Shown here piece after piece: positions 1 through 9,871 of a stretch of DNA of 64,000 nucleotides. Both the position numbers and the translations under genes were made by a program. The notes under the pieces were generated by a model, which worked only from the letters and a program-made list of their open reading frames with translations, did not search any database and had not been told where the DNA came from. Position 1 is the stretch's first letter. Every line of letters begins with the position of its first letter. Source of the stretch: Opitutales bacterium (GTDB taxonomy: Bacteria > Verrucomicrobiota > Verrucomicrobiia > Opitutales > PNEW01); contig CBDANS010000007.1 of the NCBI GenBank assembly GCA_965197745.1, positions 832,001-896,000 of the forward strand, in the 5' to 3' direction.

Positions 1-677
1 CGGGCTAGATCAATAGCCGTAGGGACGTTATACTTACCATGGGCATCAATAAGAAGTTCGATGCTTGGCCCTACGGTTTCTCTGATAGCTGCTGTAATTT
101 CTGTCGCTTCTTCTGCGCCCTTAATTGAAATCTGACCATCCATATAAGCGGCATTGCCTTCAGGAATGGCGTGCATAAACGGGTCGAGTTTAAATGCGCG
201 GTGCCCTGATTCAACAATAGCCACAGCATCAGCTGCCGCCGTCACCGGGTCTTTGGGCTCAGGCGGGTGACAGTAAAGACCGATGCGGTCCCTTACTGGT
301 CCACCGAGCAGCATGTAAATGGGTTGGTCCAGAACTTTTCCTCGAATATCCCAGAGAGCGATGTCGATCGCGCTGACCACGGCACTCGCCGCGCCACGTA
401 TCCCGACATAAGTCAAAGATCTGAGGGTTTCATGCCACAAAGTTTCGATATGGGAAGGATCACGTCCGATTAATCCTTTACCGATTTCCCTGACCATGGA
501 AGCAACAGCAGTATTCGCCGTTGGTCCGGGATAAGTTGTAATTTCCCCCCAACCGATGAGGCCTTCGTCTGTATCAACCTCGATAAAGAAGTACTGACGA
601 TCGATGGGGGACTGTTCTCCATCTCGATTCATCCACGGGACATTAATGATCCATGGGTTGATAGCGGTAATTTTCAT
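1..677 (-). CDS. Mandelate racemase/muconate lactonizing enzyme (enolase superfamily, galactonate dehydratase-like), runs off the window start
   Basis: Hand translation from ATG at 677: MKITAINPW...VDTDEGLIGWGE...SAIDIALWDIRGKVLDQPIYMLLGG...AFKLDP...LLIDAHG. Not in the ORF track because it has no stop in the window. Confidence 0.9.
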   Translation of the reverse strand, partial: MKITAINPWIINVPWMNRDGEQSPIDRQYFFIEVDTDEGLIGWGEITTYPGPTANTAVASMVREIGKGLIGRDPSHIETLWHETLRSLTYVGIRGAASAVVSAIDIALWDIRGKVLDQPIYMLLGGPVRDRIGLYCHPPEPKDPVTAAADAVAIVESGHRAFKLDPFMHAIPEGNAAYMDGQISIKGAEEATEITAAIRETVGPSIELLIDAHGKYNVPTAIDLA

Positions 678-1280
678 TATGTATTAGTTCATGGATTCAA
701 TGAAGTGACCCGTTTGACACTATTAAAAATGGTGGGCATTTAAATTATCACAAACAACTATTTTCTGATTCGAGTTCCAGCAATGTTTATAAAATCGATG
801 TTGTTTGTATATATTCTTAAGTCAATATGTGATCGCGACACAGTCCTGGCGTATGCTGATCATTTTGAGTGAAGAATTGGATCAATCCTATTTAAAAATT
901 ATTAAGTGACTAACAGTAAGACAAAGGCAATGAATTAACCTGTCACCCAAGATTATCAGTCTTCGTGCGGTGTCGTATTTTTACACTGTTTAATTTGTAA
1001 ACGAGAATGTAAATTCATCTATGTAAAATAAGAAAAATTTTAGGACAAAAAGAAGTTAAAGAAATGTAAAAATAAAAACGCTAAATCAATGCAACTTGCC
1101 TTAGACTATGATTAGTATATAAATAATATTTACTATGAGGTGTTATATGTCAGGAACAGTAATAATAAAAAGCATTTCAATATTGGGTGAGTTCCATCTT
1201 GCGATCGGAAAATAATGAGCATGGACCTGAATACCTTATATAAAAAACCGATAATGTAATAACTTAAAAATTTAATTAAA

Positions 1281-1739
1281 ATGAAGAATATATATATAAT
1301 CGAAGATGATGAAGTAGTGCGTAATCTTCTCGTGCGTTATTTAGATGAAATAATACCGGAGTATGAATTAGTCGGAACCAGCGTGGACGGTGAAACGGCG
1401 AGAGAGGACTGTGTTAAACTGAATCCCGACCTCGTCATTCTGGATTTGTATTTACCGGGAATAAATGGGCTCGAAATATTGCACTTTATTAAGAGCAATT
1501 TACCCAAGACTAAGGTAATCATATTTTCGGGAATAGCGGAAAAAAAGATTTATGATATTGCCGTTCAGGGTAAAGCGGATGGTTATGTTATAAAATCCTC
1601 AGGGTTTGAAGAATTTTACCATGCCGTAAATACGTATATGCGAGGGGGGCACATATTACAGTCCGGTGTTTCACAAAACACGGCTCTCTACAGCCATATA
1701 AATTTTATTCATTGTCCACATTGCGTGACCCTCGGGTAG
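1281..1739 (+). CDS. Receiver-only (NarL-type REC, no HTH) response regulator; probable frameshift at G6 1644-1649, alternative end 1701
   Basis: IIEDD, DLVILDLYLPG, FSG and GYVIK motifs. The shifted frame reads GGTYYSPVF, matching paralogue 37099-37557 (GEVYYSPTV). Confidence 0.85.
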   Translation: MKNIYIIEDDEVVRNLLVRYLDEIIPEYELVGTSVDGETAREDCVKLNPDLVILDLYLPGINGLEILHFIKSNLPKTKVIIFSGIAEKKIYDIAVQGKADGYVIKSSGFEEFYHAVNTYMRGGHILQSGVSQNTALYSHINFIHCPHCVTLG

Positions 1740-2091
1740 GCTCTTGATGGCTTCCTGAACACAGGCGTTTATTAGTGGAATGCATTGTGAATTGACTGGG
1801 ACATAGGCGTTTGTCCCTATCGACTTAATTCAGGACAACCTTTGCTGCATTAGTTCAGGGGCATGCGGATCTAAGCACTTATTGCAGCGCTGACTGTCGT
1901 AGTCCGGGCACCATGGGACAACTGCTGAAGCACACTGGGGGACACGGTAATGGTTGGCATACCCAATTTTATGACGACTTCCAATCTTTCAAACCATGAG
2001 TTAATGGTCGATGGTTGAAGAAACGCGAATTAGCTGTGATCAATTTTAGGGAAGACGAAGTATACTATCCCCTTACAGGTCCGTTTTACGG

Positions 2092-2868
2092 TTAGAAGCC
2101 TTCATTGATGAAAGCTATTGCCGGGTCTTCCTCTTTGATCTTAACGACTTCCAGGCCTTCCGTAGTTTCGCCAATATATGGAATCAATGCCGCGGCCATC
2201 AAAGGTATGTATTTATTCAGATCTTCCTCCTCATTATTATTGATGATCTCTATTTTCCAGATCTGGACGGAAGATCTATTTTTCTCAGGTGCACGGTTGT
2301 CATGCGATATCATGCTCAAGCGTTTTTCAAAAGTTAAGACTGGGATATAGGATTCTTCGACCATCGTAAATGAACCGATAATGGGTTCCGTGTGCCTTTT
2401 GAATTTACTGGTCAGCGGTCCGCTAACACTGTAAGATATATCAATAATCATTTCGGCTTGCTCAGGATCAGGTGACTCGTAATAGCCTCTTCCCGATAGT
2501 GCCGTTTTGATATATTGAGTCGCTTCTTCGAATAACATCGGTTGTTCAGCCAATTCTTCTGTCGAACTGACAATCTTATAGGATTCAGGTCGATTAACGG
2601 CTACAGCCATTTGTGGGCTAGTTAAGGCGTTAACTTTAAAAGTATAGGTAGTCGTAGTACAGCCACCGAATATTATCCCGAAACATAGGACAGTTAGTAC
2701 TAATAATTGAATTTTTATATACTGAATGACCTCTCTCAAATCGTCATACCAAAAGAGTCGAAGGACACTCGAATTCAATAGAGGAGGGTCATATCTCTCG
2801 CTTCCGATGGCATAGCTCGGCGGAACATCGGGTCCGATTTGGGCAATTGTAGGAATGGTACTCATCAT
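2092..2868 (-). CDS. Putative lipoprotein (DUF4136-like); true start probably downstream of the ORF start
   Basis: Hydrophobic stretch ending in lipobox-like IIFGGC, followed by YIKTALSGRGYYE...AEMIIDISY. Confidence 0.6.
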   Translation of the reverse strand: MMSTIPTIAQIGPDVPPSYAIGSERYDPPLLNSSVLRLFWYDDLREVIQYIKIQLLVLTVLCFGIIFGGCTTTTYTFKVNALTSPQMAVAVNRPESYKIVSSTEELAEQPMLFEEATQYIKTALSGRGYYESPDPEQAEMIIDISYSVSGPLTSKFKRHTEPIIGSFTMVEESYIPVLTFEKRLSMISHDNRAPEKNRSSVQIWKIEIINNNEEEDLNKYIPLMAAALIPYIGETTEGLEVVKIKEEDPAIAFINEGF

Positions 2869-3264
2869 TAGTATATTTAATGTTCAATAAATATAACATT
2901 ACCAAAACTTTAATAAAAAGGCGATAAAAATACGCTATTTTACGTGTGAATAAAATGTGAAAATGCTGATAATCAATAAGATGATAAATCCATATAAGCA
3001 GACACACCGACCCTAACGGTCAACTATAGCAAAGTAGTTGATTTACGGAAATATAGAGATCCGTGAATTAACGATTATTTGAAGATCGTTAAAGATAGAG
3101 CAATTGGAAGGAGCAGAAATTACCGCGGATAACGATTAGCAATATGAAAAAAAAGAGTAAAAACACGCGAACAGGTGTTGAAAAATGATGTGACTTATCT
3201 GATCAGGTTATGAGAGGATATAGGTTTCGGTGTTGAGGTGGGATCCTTTCAATCGCTTATGCGC

Positions 3265-4365
3265 TTAAAGACGATTAAGAACCAGTTCAACTTCATCCCA
3301 CATTGCCAGGACTTTGGCTTTCTGAATGGCAGCGCGCTCCTTTAATTTTGTGATAAGAGAGGTACGCTTAGTTTCGTCAGTGATATACGATAATTTTTCA
3401 TCTAACTCACTTTCCGAATGGATTGAGTCGATTAGGCAGTCGCTACAATCATAATCCTCGAAAAGAGGATTATATTTATGGATCCATCTGGTTCCGATTG
3501 TGGGAATCGCTTGATTGAGACCGCTTATCAGTGCATGATAGCGTGATCCGATCAAGCCGTAGCTACATCCAATTATCCCTTTTGCTCTTATAGCTGTTTC
3601 ATCGATAATTTGGATTTTAAAATTTAATGATTGAGCAAGTACAGAGGTAAAAGAACGGTCCTCTTCGGCATGAAGCATAATAAAAGGCTCCAGACCCCGA
3701 TTAATAATTTTGTAAATACAATTTTGAAGAAATGTTAAGTAATGACTGCCGATATCATGGGGCGTTTTATCGATCATTCTAATATTCGGAACGATACAAA
3801 CCTTATTGTGCCATTCAGCGGGATTGGCTGGAATTTCCCCGGGAAGAAGGAGAGTAAAATCGGGTGATATCTTTAGATTGGTAGCGTGCGGAGAGCATTT
3901 GAGGAGGGATTGATATGAAGTGTAATCTCGGGCGTAGACTAAATCACAACAGTCAATTATACTGGCCATAAACTGCTGTAGATATTCAGATTTAAAAGCG
4001 CCAAAGGTTTGCGGTAACAATATGATTTTACCCCCCAGTTTTTTTAGTCGCTGGTACAAGTACAGCCTATACTTATCCTGGGAGGAATGTTCCTTCCAGA
4101 GATCACTGTAATGAAAGCCCGAACAGTCGAAAACCGCATCAGTGCTGCGAGCGCGTATCTCTTCACGCAATATTTTTAAAAGATGGCGGGGGATAAATTT
4201 AGAAAATGCCACCTTCATAAACTGAAGGGATCTCTGAGAAGTCTCTATTTTTTGGGTATTAACATTGAAGCGGGTACTCAGTTTTTGCTCTATGGCTCTT
4301 GCCATCAAAACATCACCTTTATTGATGAAGACAGGTCCTATAACATTTATGGTTTTTGTTTGCAT
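3265..4365 (-). CDS. Polysaccharide pyruvyl transferase family protein (WcaK-like)
   Basis: NKGDVLM, PQTFGAF, YARD, PDFT and GSRYHALI motifs. Confidence 0.85.
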   Translation of the reverse strand: MQTKTINVIGPVFINKGDVLMARAIEQKLSTRFNVNTQKIETSQRSLQFMKVAFSKFIPRHLLKILREEIRARSTDAVFDCSGFHYSDLWKEHSSQDKYRLYLYQRLKKLGGKIILLPQTFGAFKSEYLQQFMASIIDCCDLVYARDYTSYQSLLKCSPHATNLKISPDFTLLLPGEIPANPAEWHNKVCIVPNIRMIDKTPHDIGSHYLTFLQNCIYKIINRGLEPFIMLHAEEDRSFTSVLAQSLNFKIQIIDETAIRAKGIIGCSYGLIGSRYHALISGLNQAIPTIGTRWIHKYNPLFEDYDCSDCLIDSIHSESELDEKLSYITDETKRTSLITKLKERAAIQKAKVLAMWDEVELVLNRL

Positions 4366-4895
4366 CTATTCGGGGGCCAATTTCATATCACAGAACCAAT
4401 AGGCTAAGACCATTAATTAAGCAAATCCCTGATTGCGCAATGGCTGGATTTAATTCGGTGAATAAAGAAATAATAGAAACGGATCTTCCCACCCGTCGTT
4501 TAGGAAAGACCTGATCGGACCCCGTATTTCGTATCAAATTTTAAGTGAGAGAACTACCGGGTGTTAATGGTTTTAGGATTGATGTATATGAGAGATCTTG
4601 GCGCAGTGAGGGCGTAGCCCGAACGCGGCCAAGAGCGGAAAGGAATGTGACAAACTCTTGTGGGCTTTTAAAGCCTAATCGACTGTGGGGATGTTCATTG
4701 TTATAGGTCTGACGCCATTGTTCTATTAGCACTTGCGCTTCAGCCACGCTGAGCAACACTTCACGGTTCAAACACTCATCGCGTAAGCGGTTGTGAAACG
4801 ACTCGATGAAACCGTTCCAGGGACTGCCCGGATCGATATATATCGCCTTGATCTTTTTGTCGGACAACCACTGCTGCACCTGATGAGCAATGAAT

Positions 4896-4927
4896 GGCTT
4901 CGCATGTCGTCGCTTCGCTCCTCGGAA
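4896..4927 (-). repeat. 32-nt GA-rich hairpin insertion in IS3 orfB (SDNGS-E-F site)
   Basis: TTCCGAGGAGCGAAGCGACGACATGCGAAGCC; 31/32 identical to 11565-11596. Confidence 0.9.
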
Positions 4928-5055
4928 CACTGCCGTTGTCACTGCGGATATAGCTAGGAACTCCCTCTTCATCGATGGTTTCGCTGAGTACCGAGAGAAC
5001 ATCGGTTGAGGTGAGCTGTCGAGCTACCCGGATGCGTAAACATTTACGCGTATAT

Positions 5056-5098
5056 GTCTTCGCTTCGCTTGAGTGTCGTCGCTTTCAGCTCCTCGGTA
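5056..5098 (-). repeat. 43-nt related hairpin insertion in IS3 orfB (ID-E-YTR site)
   Basis: TACCGAGGAGCTGAAAGCGACGACACTCAAGCGAAGCGAAGAC; absent from the equivalent site of the second IS (GATGAGTACACC). Confidence 0.88.
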
Positions 5099-5527
5099 CA
5101 TCGATCAAGGTCATCATCTTTAGCATACCGCCATTGTCTGTACGATCATGGACAAAGTCCCAGGACCAGACGTGATTGCGACCGGTTGCTTTAGTAGGGA
5201 GCCCAGTAGAGATCCCCTGACGGTGTCTACGCTTTTTTGGGGGCTTTACCTGTAAGCCCGAAGAACGTCGCACTGCCTGTACAAATTTCCTGCTTGCCGC
5301 CCAACCTTCTTTCACCAGCAAGGCACGAATGCGCCGGTAACCGTAACGGGGATGTTCCCAGGACAAGGTCAAAATCCGCTCGGCCAATTGCTGAGCCTTC
5401 TTACTGGCCTGCTTGGGTCGGTAGCTGTACGTTGACCAACTGAGGCTGAGATAAGCACAAGCCCTCTAAAACGAGCACAGCCCCTTCTCAGCCGCATCTT
5501 TTACTGCTCGCTTCTTCTGCTTTGGGC

Positions 5528-5794
5528 TCACCATTTTTTTGAGAGCGTTTCCTCCAACACCCGAAGCTTGAGCATTTGATCAGCGAGCATCTTCTTCAGC
5601 TCCGTATTCTCCTTTTCCAGCTCTTTAAATCGCTTCGCATCAGCCAGCTCCAAGTTGCCATACTTTTTGCCCCAGCGATAGAAGGTCTGTTCACTTAGGT
5701 TGTTGCCGTGGCAGACTTCCTGCACGGTTTTGCCCGTATCGGGCTGCCGCAGTATTGCTATGATCTGTTCTGTTGTATATCTTTTTCTTTTCAT
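5528..5794 (-). CDS. IS3 OrfA (HTH_Tnp_1)
   Basis: MKRKRYTTEQII...SEQTFYRW...LEKENTELKKMLAD, ending in an A-rich slippery tract. Confidence 0.9.
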   Translation of the reverse strand: MKRKRYTTEQIIAILRQPDTGKTVQEVCHGNNLSEQTFYRWGKKYGNLELADAKRFKELEKENTELKKMLADQMLKLRVLEETLSKKW

Positions 5795-6795
5795 TGAGGT
5801 TATCTGTTTATCCCGATAACCTCTCTCTGTTAATGATACCATTTTTGGGGGTCACTCCATGCCGAATTATACCCGACGGTGCTCAGTCTCGGTGGGGTCC
5901 ATTTAGGAGGTGCGCAGAACGGTCTGGGTATAGAGGGTGATGATGAAAGGGCTGCGGACATGGTGGAAACTGCCTGTCGTTTGGGCATAACTCTTGTCGA
6001 TACTTCGCCCCTTTACGGAAGAAGTGAATACCGAGTCGGAATAGCATTAAAAAGAAATAAATTTTCCGACCTCATAATATCAACTAAAACGGGCACTCAT
6101 CCGGAACGTCAATACAGTTATTCTAATGAGGATCTTCGCTGGTCATTTAATAATAGTCTGCGCATGCTGGGCCGAATATGTGTGGATGTAGCAATGATCC
6201 ACGATCCACCCAGTATGCAACCTGTATTTAAGTCGGGTCATGGATTTGACACTATGGAGGAGCTGCGAAAAGAGGGTAAACTGCGTTATATTGGGCTCGG
6301 CGTTCGGGATCACTCATTTCACATTGAGGCCATCAAAGCGGGTAAAGTGGATGTCATTCTCACTTACGGAGATTTCAATCTAGTTCGAAGAACCGCGCGT
6401 TCTCTTATTGACATGGCCTACAATGAAGGGGTGGGAGTATTTCTCGGTTCACCTCAAATGCTTGGACTGCTTGCTCGTGGTGAGCCCGCACATGTTGCGA
6501 AGGAACAATTAAATCTTACTAATTGGTTTAATGATGGGGATTTTAAAACAGCTCAGGAGTGGTGGTTGTGGTGTCGCGAGCGTGATATACAACTCAGGCA
6601 TTTGAACATGCGTTATATCATGAATAATCCCAAAATAGGATGTGTTCTCACGGGGGGGGGCGACAGTAGAAGAATTAGAACAAAATATTCACGAGGCACT
6701 GACACCAATTCCAAAAGATATATGGAATGAAGCAATGGAGAGGATTGTCATGCTGGATGAAAAAGCTTCGCGCTGAAATGACAAGAAACACATAG

Positions 6796-6834
6796 AAAAA
6801 AGCCACCATCCTGTTGCCGCAGGATGATGGCTTT
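6796..6834. terminator. Intrinsic, likely bidirectional terminator
   Basis: AAAAAA-GCCACCATCCTG-loop-CAGGATGATGGC-TTT between convergent genes. Confidence 0.75.
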
Positions 6835-6865
6835 ATTAATCTGACCTCTATTAATCTATCGGAAA

Positions 6866-7396
6866 TTATCCTTTAATAATTGTCCTGTATTGCAGCTCGG
6901 GAACGAGTTTTTCAGTTGCTCGTCGAGCCGAGGTTTTGAAATGCTCAATCGTGGTGGCGGGCGGATTAAAATCAATGGTTAGATAACGCCCGACAAATAT
7001 TCCGAGCTTTTCTTTTCCACTTGGTGAATTAAGCGTAGCAGACATCCGTGTTTCAAATTCACCTAATCGGTTGATTCTCCACTCCAGGAGATTGATATTT
7101 AGAACAGTAACGCCTTCCGGAATATCGCTTCCAAAACGAATAAACTTTAGATTAACTGGATATTCTTCGTTTTCGATTACTGAGCTGATACTTTGACTGA
7201 GATGATTGAATCGGTCTTTTTCACCAATATCCGTCAGGTTGGCTTCAGCCGTATAGATCCCTGAATGATCAATTATGCGAACGTAAAGTGTATCGTACGC
7301 GGAGATTTCCACAATCTTCTCTTCTTTTGCATTCAGCGTTCCTATGAAAGCAATGAATAGTGAGACTAACACTGCTGTTGTCATTTTTAATTTCAT
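6866..7396 (-). CDS. Hypothetical exported protein
   Basis: Signal-peptide-like MKLKMTTAVLVSLFIAFIGTLNA from ATG 7396; no family recognised. Confidence 0.7.
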   Translation of the reverse strand: MKLKMTTAVLVSLFIAFIGTLNAKEEKIVEISAYDTLYVRIIDHSGIYTAEANLTDIGEKDRFNHLSQSISSVIENEEYPVNLKFIRFGSDIPEGVTVLNINLLEWRINRLGEFETRMSATLNSPSGKEKLGIFVGRYLTIDFNPPATTIEHFKTSARRATEKLVPELQYRTIIKG

Positions 7397-7556
7397 CGTA
7401 GTAACTTTTTTTTTTAATATTTCAGGCCCATTCATCATCATGCCTGTTATGTGATCGTCACATTTTTTTAAACAATTAGAGATAATAGGATGGTGATTTA
7501 TTCCCGTTCAGTCCGTCCGAATAAATACGTGACGATGCAATATTTCAAACTTTCTG

Positions 7557-7663
7557 GCGGCCACGATCAGCCGTCGCCCCGCAACAGCGAAGCTATGGCC
7601 GACAGGCATTGCCTGGCCCACCAGAATGAAAACAAATGGGAGGACCACGCGTTGTCGTGGCCG
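7557..7663. repeat. Inverted REP doublet (GGAG-type) with a 40-nt palindrome inserted in the left copy
   Basis: GCGGCCACGA[7567-7606]CATTGCCTGGCCCACC ... GGAGGACCACGCGTTGTCGTGGCCG; compare 17910-17980. Confidence 0.7.
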
Positions 7664-7695
7664 AAGACGAAGCGAACGATGATTTTATTCTAACT

Positions 7696-8433
7696 CTAAC
7701 TCCATAGAAGCTTTGATTTTCGCCCATGTTTTTCTAAAAGCGATTCGGCTGCGTTTATAACTAGAGCGTTTATATCAATAGCTTCCATGATGTCAGAGAT
7801 CATATGTTTACCTGCGGCATGAACTTTATCCACAGCCTTGGCAAAAGCTTCTTTCGCTTTAGGATGATCAGGTTCTCCTGGAAGATCCAATGATTGGGCG
7901 ATATCTTCGGGGCCCCCTGTAAAATAATCTATACCGTCGACAGTAAGAATCTCATCCAGATTTTCAAATGCGGTGATACTCTCCAATTGCGGGACTAACA
8001 TTGTATTTTCGTTGGTGAAATTATAGACATACTTACGATCGGTTTTCGCCGCGTTAAAAATCATGCGAATACCGGTGGCGCTACGAGCTCCCTTGGGGCC
8101 GTAATATGTATATTCAACAAGGGCTTCAGCTTCCTCCCTGGTCTTTAAATTGGGAACTACGATCATTCTTATCCCCCGATCCAGATAGCTGAGGATCGTG
8201 CTCTCTTTCTGATCAGGAATACGCATGGCAGGCGTAATTCCAAAACCGTCAGCGACACGACACATATGCTCCACGGTTTCGGGAGGAACCGATGTGTGTT
8301 GACCTTCAAAGTAGACATAATCAAGCCCCGTGAGGGCGGCTAATTCAATAAGATCTTCTTCTCCCGACCTGACATTCAAGCCTAATGCTTTTTCACCTTT
8401 TCGCACCCTTTCAAGTATTTTGTTAGTCTTCAT
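7696..8433 (-). CDS. HpcH/HpaI aldolase/citrate lyase family protein
   Basis: DYVYFEGQH, LDRG, YGPKGARS, PQLES and GPEDIAQSL motifs. Confidence 0.9.
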   Translation of the reverse strand: MKTNKILERVRKGEKALGLNVRSGEEDLIELAALTGLDYVYFEGQHTSVPPETVEHMCRVADGFGITPAMRIPDQKESTILSYLDRGIRMIVVPNLKTREEAEALVEYTYYGPKGARSATGIRMIFNAAKTDRKYVYNFTNENTMLVPQLESITAFENLDEILTVDGIDYFTGGPEDIAQSLDLPGEPDHPKAKEAFAKAVDKVHAAGKHMISDIMEAIDINALVINAAESLLEKHGRKSKLLWS

Positions 8434-8650
8434 AAATAACCTTTCATGTTTATCGTTCTTTTTCGATTAACTACGCCTCCTTATGATCGAAATATACATC
8501 AGGATATATATCAAGAGTCTATTGCGTATCAGGTAATTATTAAATTGAATTCGTGCCTGAAAAATGAGCCATGCGTGGTTATATTCTTTTGCTTTTTAAA
8601 TTATTGCTTAATAATCTGGGCCTGAATCTAAAAAACAAAAGATTGGATTT

Positions 8651-9787
8651 ATGAAAACTTATGATTTTCGTTCTGGATGCACTGATCCGGCCTCATTTCC
8701 CGCGGCGCAGATAGCAGAGTATGCGGCTGAGGCAATTAATGAGGTGGGCATTGATTTTGCGAGATATCCGGGAGATCTGGGTCATTTAGGCCTTCGAGAA
8801 GTGATGGCTGCGCGAGAATCCCAGCGGGAAGGCGTGGAGGTTTCACCCGACAATATTTCCTTAATGAATGGGTCGATGCAGCCCCTTGCTCTCGTCGCTG
8901 AAGCACTGATGGAAAAACGCGGCGATATAATAATAACAGAGGAGCTGACCTATTCGGGAACGATCAGCGTTTATAAAAGTCTGGGGGCTAAACTGGTCGG
9001 TATACCCATGGATGAACATGGCATGAAAATAGATGCGCTTGAAAAAACAATGAATGAACTCCACGAAAAGGGCACACCACCTCGTTTTATCTACAGCTTG
9101 CCCACTTACCAAAATCCGACGGGAACCCTAATGCCTGAATCCCGTCGCTTGGAACTCATAGAAGTGGCACTTAAATATAATACCGTATTAGTGGATGATA
9201 ATTGCTATGGAGATGTTCATTTTGAAGGTAAAAAAGAGCCCTCGCTATATGCTTTGAATGATAGCCCCAATATAATTTATTTATGTTCGCTCTCGAAAAT
9301 TTTGGGGCCGGGTCTTCGCTTGGGATATCTTATTGCTCACCAGCCCATGCTCAGCCGCATCCTGGATCGTCGTTTTGATGGGGGGAACAGTCTTTTAGCT
9401 GCGTCCGTATGTGCCGCCTACTTAAAAGATAATATTTGGGATTATGTCGCTAAAGCAAACACGCTGCTGAAAGAAAAAAGGGATGCGGTTTATGCCGGAT
9501 TGGAAGCGAGCGTGAGTGATATTTGCACCTGGTCCCATCCGATCGGGGGCATTTTTATCTGGGTGCAATTTCCCGACGATGTGGATAGAGCTAAGCTTGC
9601 TGCTCTCCTTGAGAAAGAGGGAATCCTTTATGGACCCGGATCAGCCTACCATGTAGAGGGAAAAGATATACCTTATCTCCGCCTGGCTTTCGGCTATTGC
9701 AGTTTGGAGGAGATTAATAAATGTATTCCTCTTGTTGGTCAGGCAATTCATGCATCGAGGAAATCAATTGCCCAAGCTGCAGTATAA
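8651..9787 (+). CDS. PLP-dependent class I/II aminotransferase (LysN/MocR-type, no HTH)
   Basis: YQNPTG, DDNCYG, SLSKILGPGLRLG and LRLAF motifs. Confidence 0.9.
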   Translation: MKTYDFRSGCTDPASFPAAQIAEYAAEAINEVGIDFARYPGDLGHLGLREVMAARESQREGVEVSPDNISLMNGSMQPLALVAEALMEKRGDIIITEELTYSGTISVYKSLGAKLVGIPMDEHGMKIDALEKTMNELHEKGTPPRFIYSLPTYQNPTGTLMPESRRLELIEVALKYNTVLVDDNCYGDVHFEGKKEPSLYALNDSPNIIYLCSLSKILGPGLRLGYLIAHQPMLSRILDRRFDGGNSLLAASVCAAYLKDNIWDYVAKANTLLKEKRDAVYAGLEASVSDICTWSHPIGGIFIWVQFPDDVDRAKLAALLEKEGILYGPGSAYHVEGKDIPYLRLAFGYCSLEEINKCIPLVGQAIHASRKSIAQAAV

Positions 9788-9871
9788 ACATAGACCTCCA
9801 TATAATTCCCTGTTTAAGTGAAAATAGTTAACCCCTAAATCCTAACGCTGAAAATCTATTGGATTTTCAAT

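Larger units (their letters stand above)
4541..5533 (-). pseudogene. IS3 OrfB (DDE integrase core) disrupted by an internal stop, a frameshift and two hairpin insertions
   Basis: Fragments YGYRRI, NHVWSWDF, YTRKCL, IRSDNG and IESFHNRLRDECLN lie in different frames or are separated by stops. Confidence 0.85.
4512..5859 (-). mobile_element. IS3-family insertion sequence (IS407-like), degenerate
   Basis: Imperfect terminal IRs TGATCGGACCCCGTATTTCGTATCA / TGGAGTGACCCCCAAAAATGGTATCA. Contains orfA plus broken orfB with WSWDF, SDNG and IESF motifs. Flanks are GACC/TGCC (imperfect 4-bp duplication). Confidence 0.92.
4440..6776 (+). pseudogene. Aldo/keto reductase split by IS3 (N-terminus 4440-4511, remainder 5864-6776) with a further frameshift at G9 6652-6660
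   Basis: Left of the IS the frame reads ...DLPTRRLGKT; right of it, ELYPTVLSLGG...DTSPLYG...STK...IHDP. After the G run the shifted frame gives ATVEELEQN...IPKDIW to TGA 6776. Confidence 0.85.

Noticed and set aside
5085..5087. In-frame TGA as selenocysteine or recoded stop
   Set aside because: It lies within the inserted hairpin in an IS with other lesions, and other genes in the window use TGA as a normal stop.
7490..7693. 67-aa ORF, and similarly 17405-17620, 22915-23097 and 48885-49190
   Set aside because: They are made largely of REP or GA-repeat sequence, or overlap well-supported genes.
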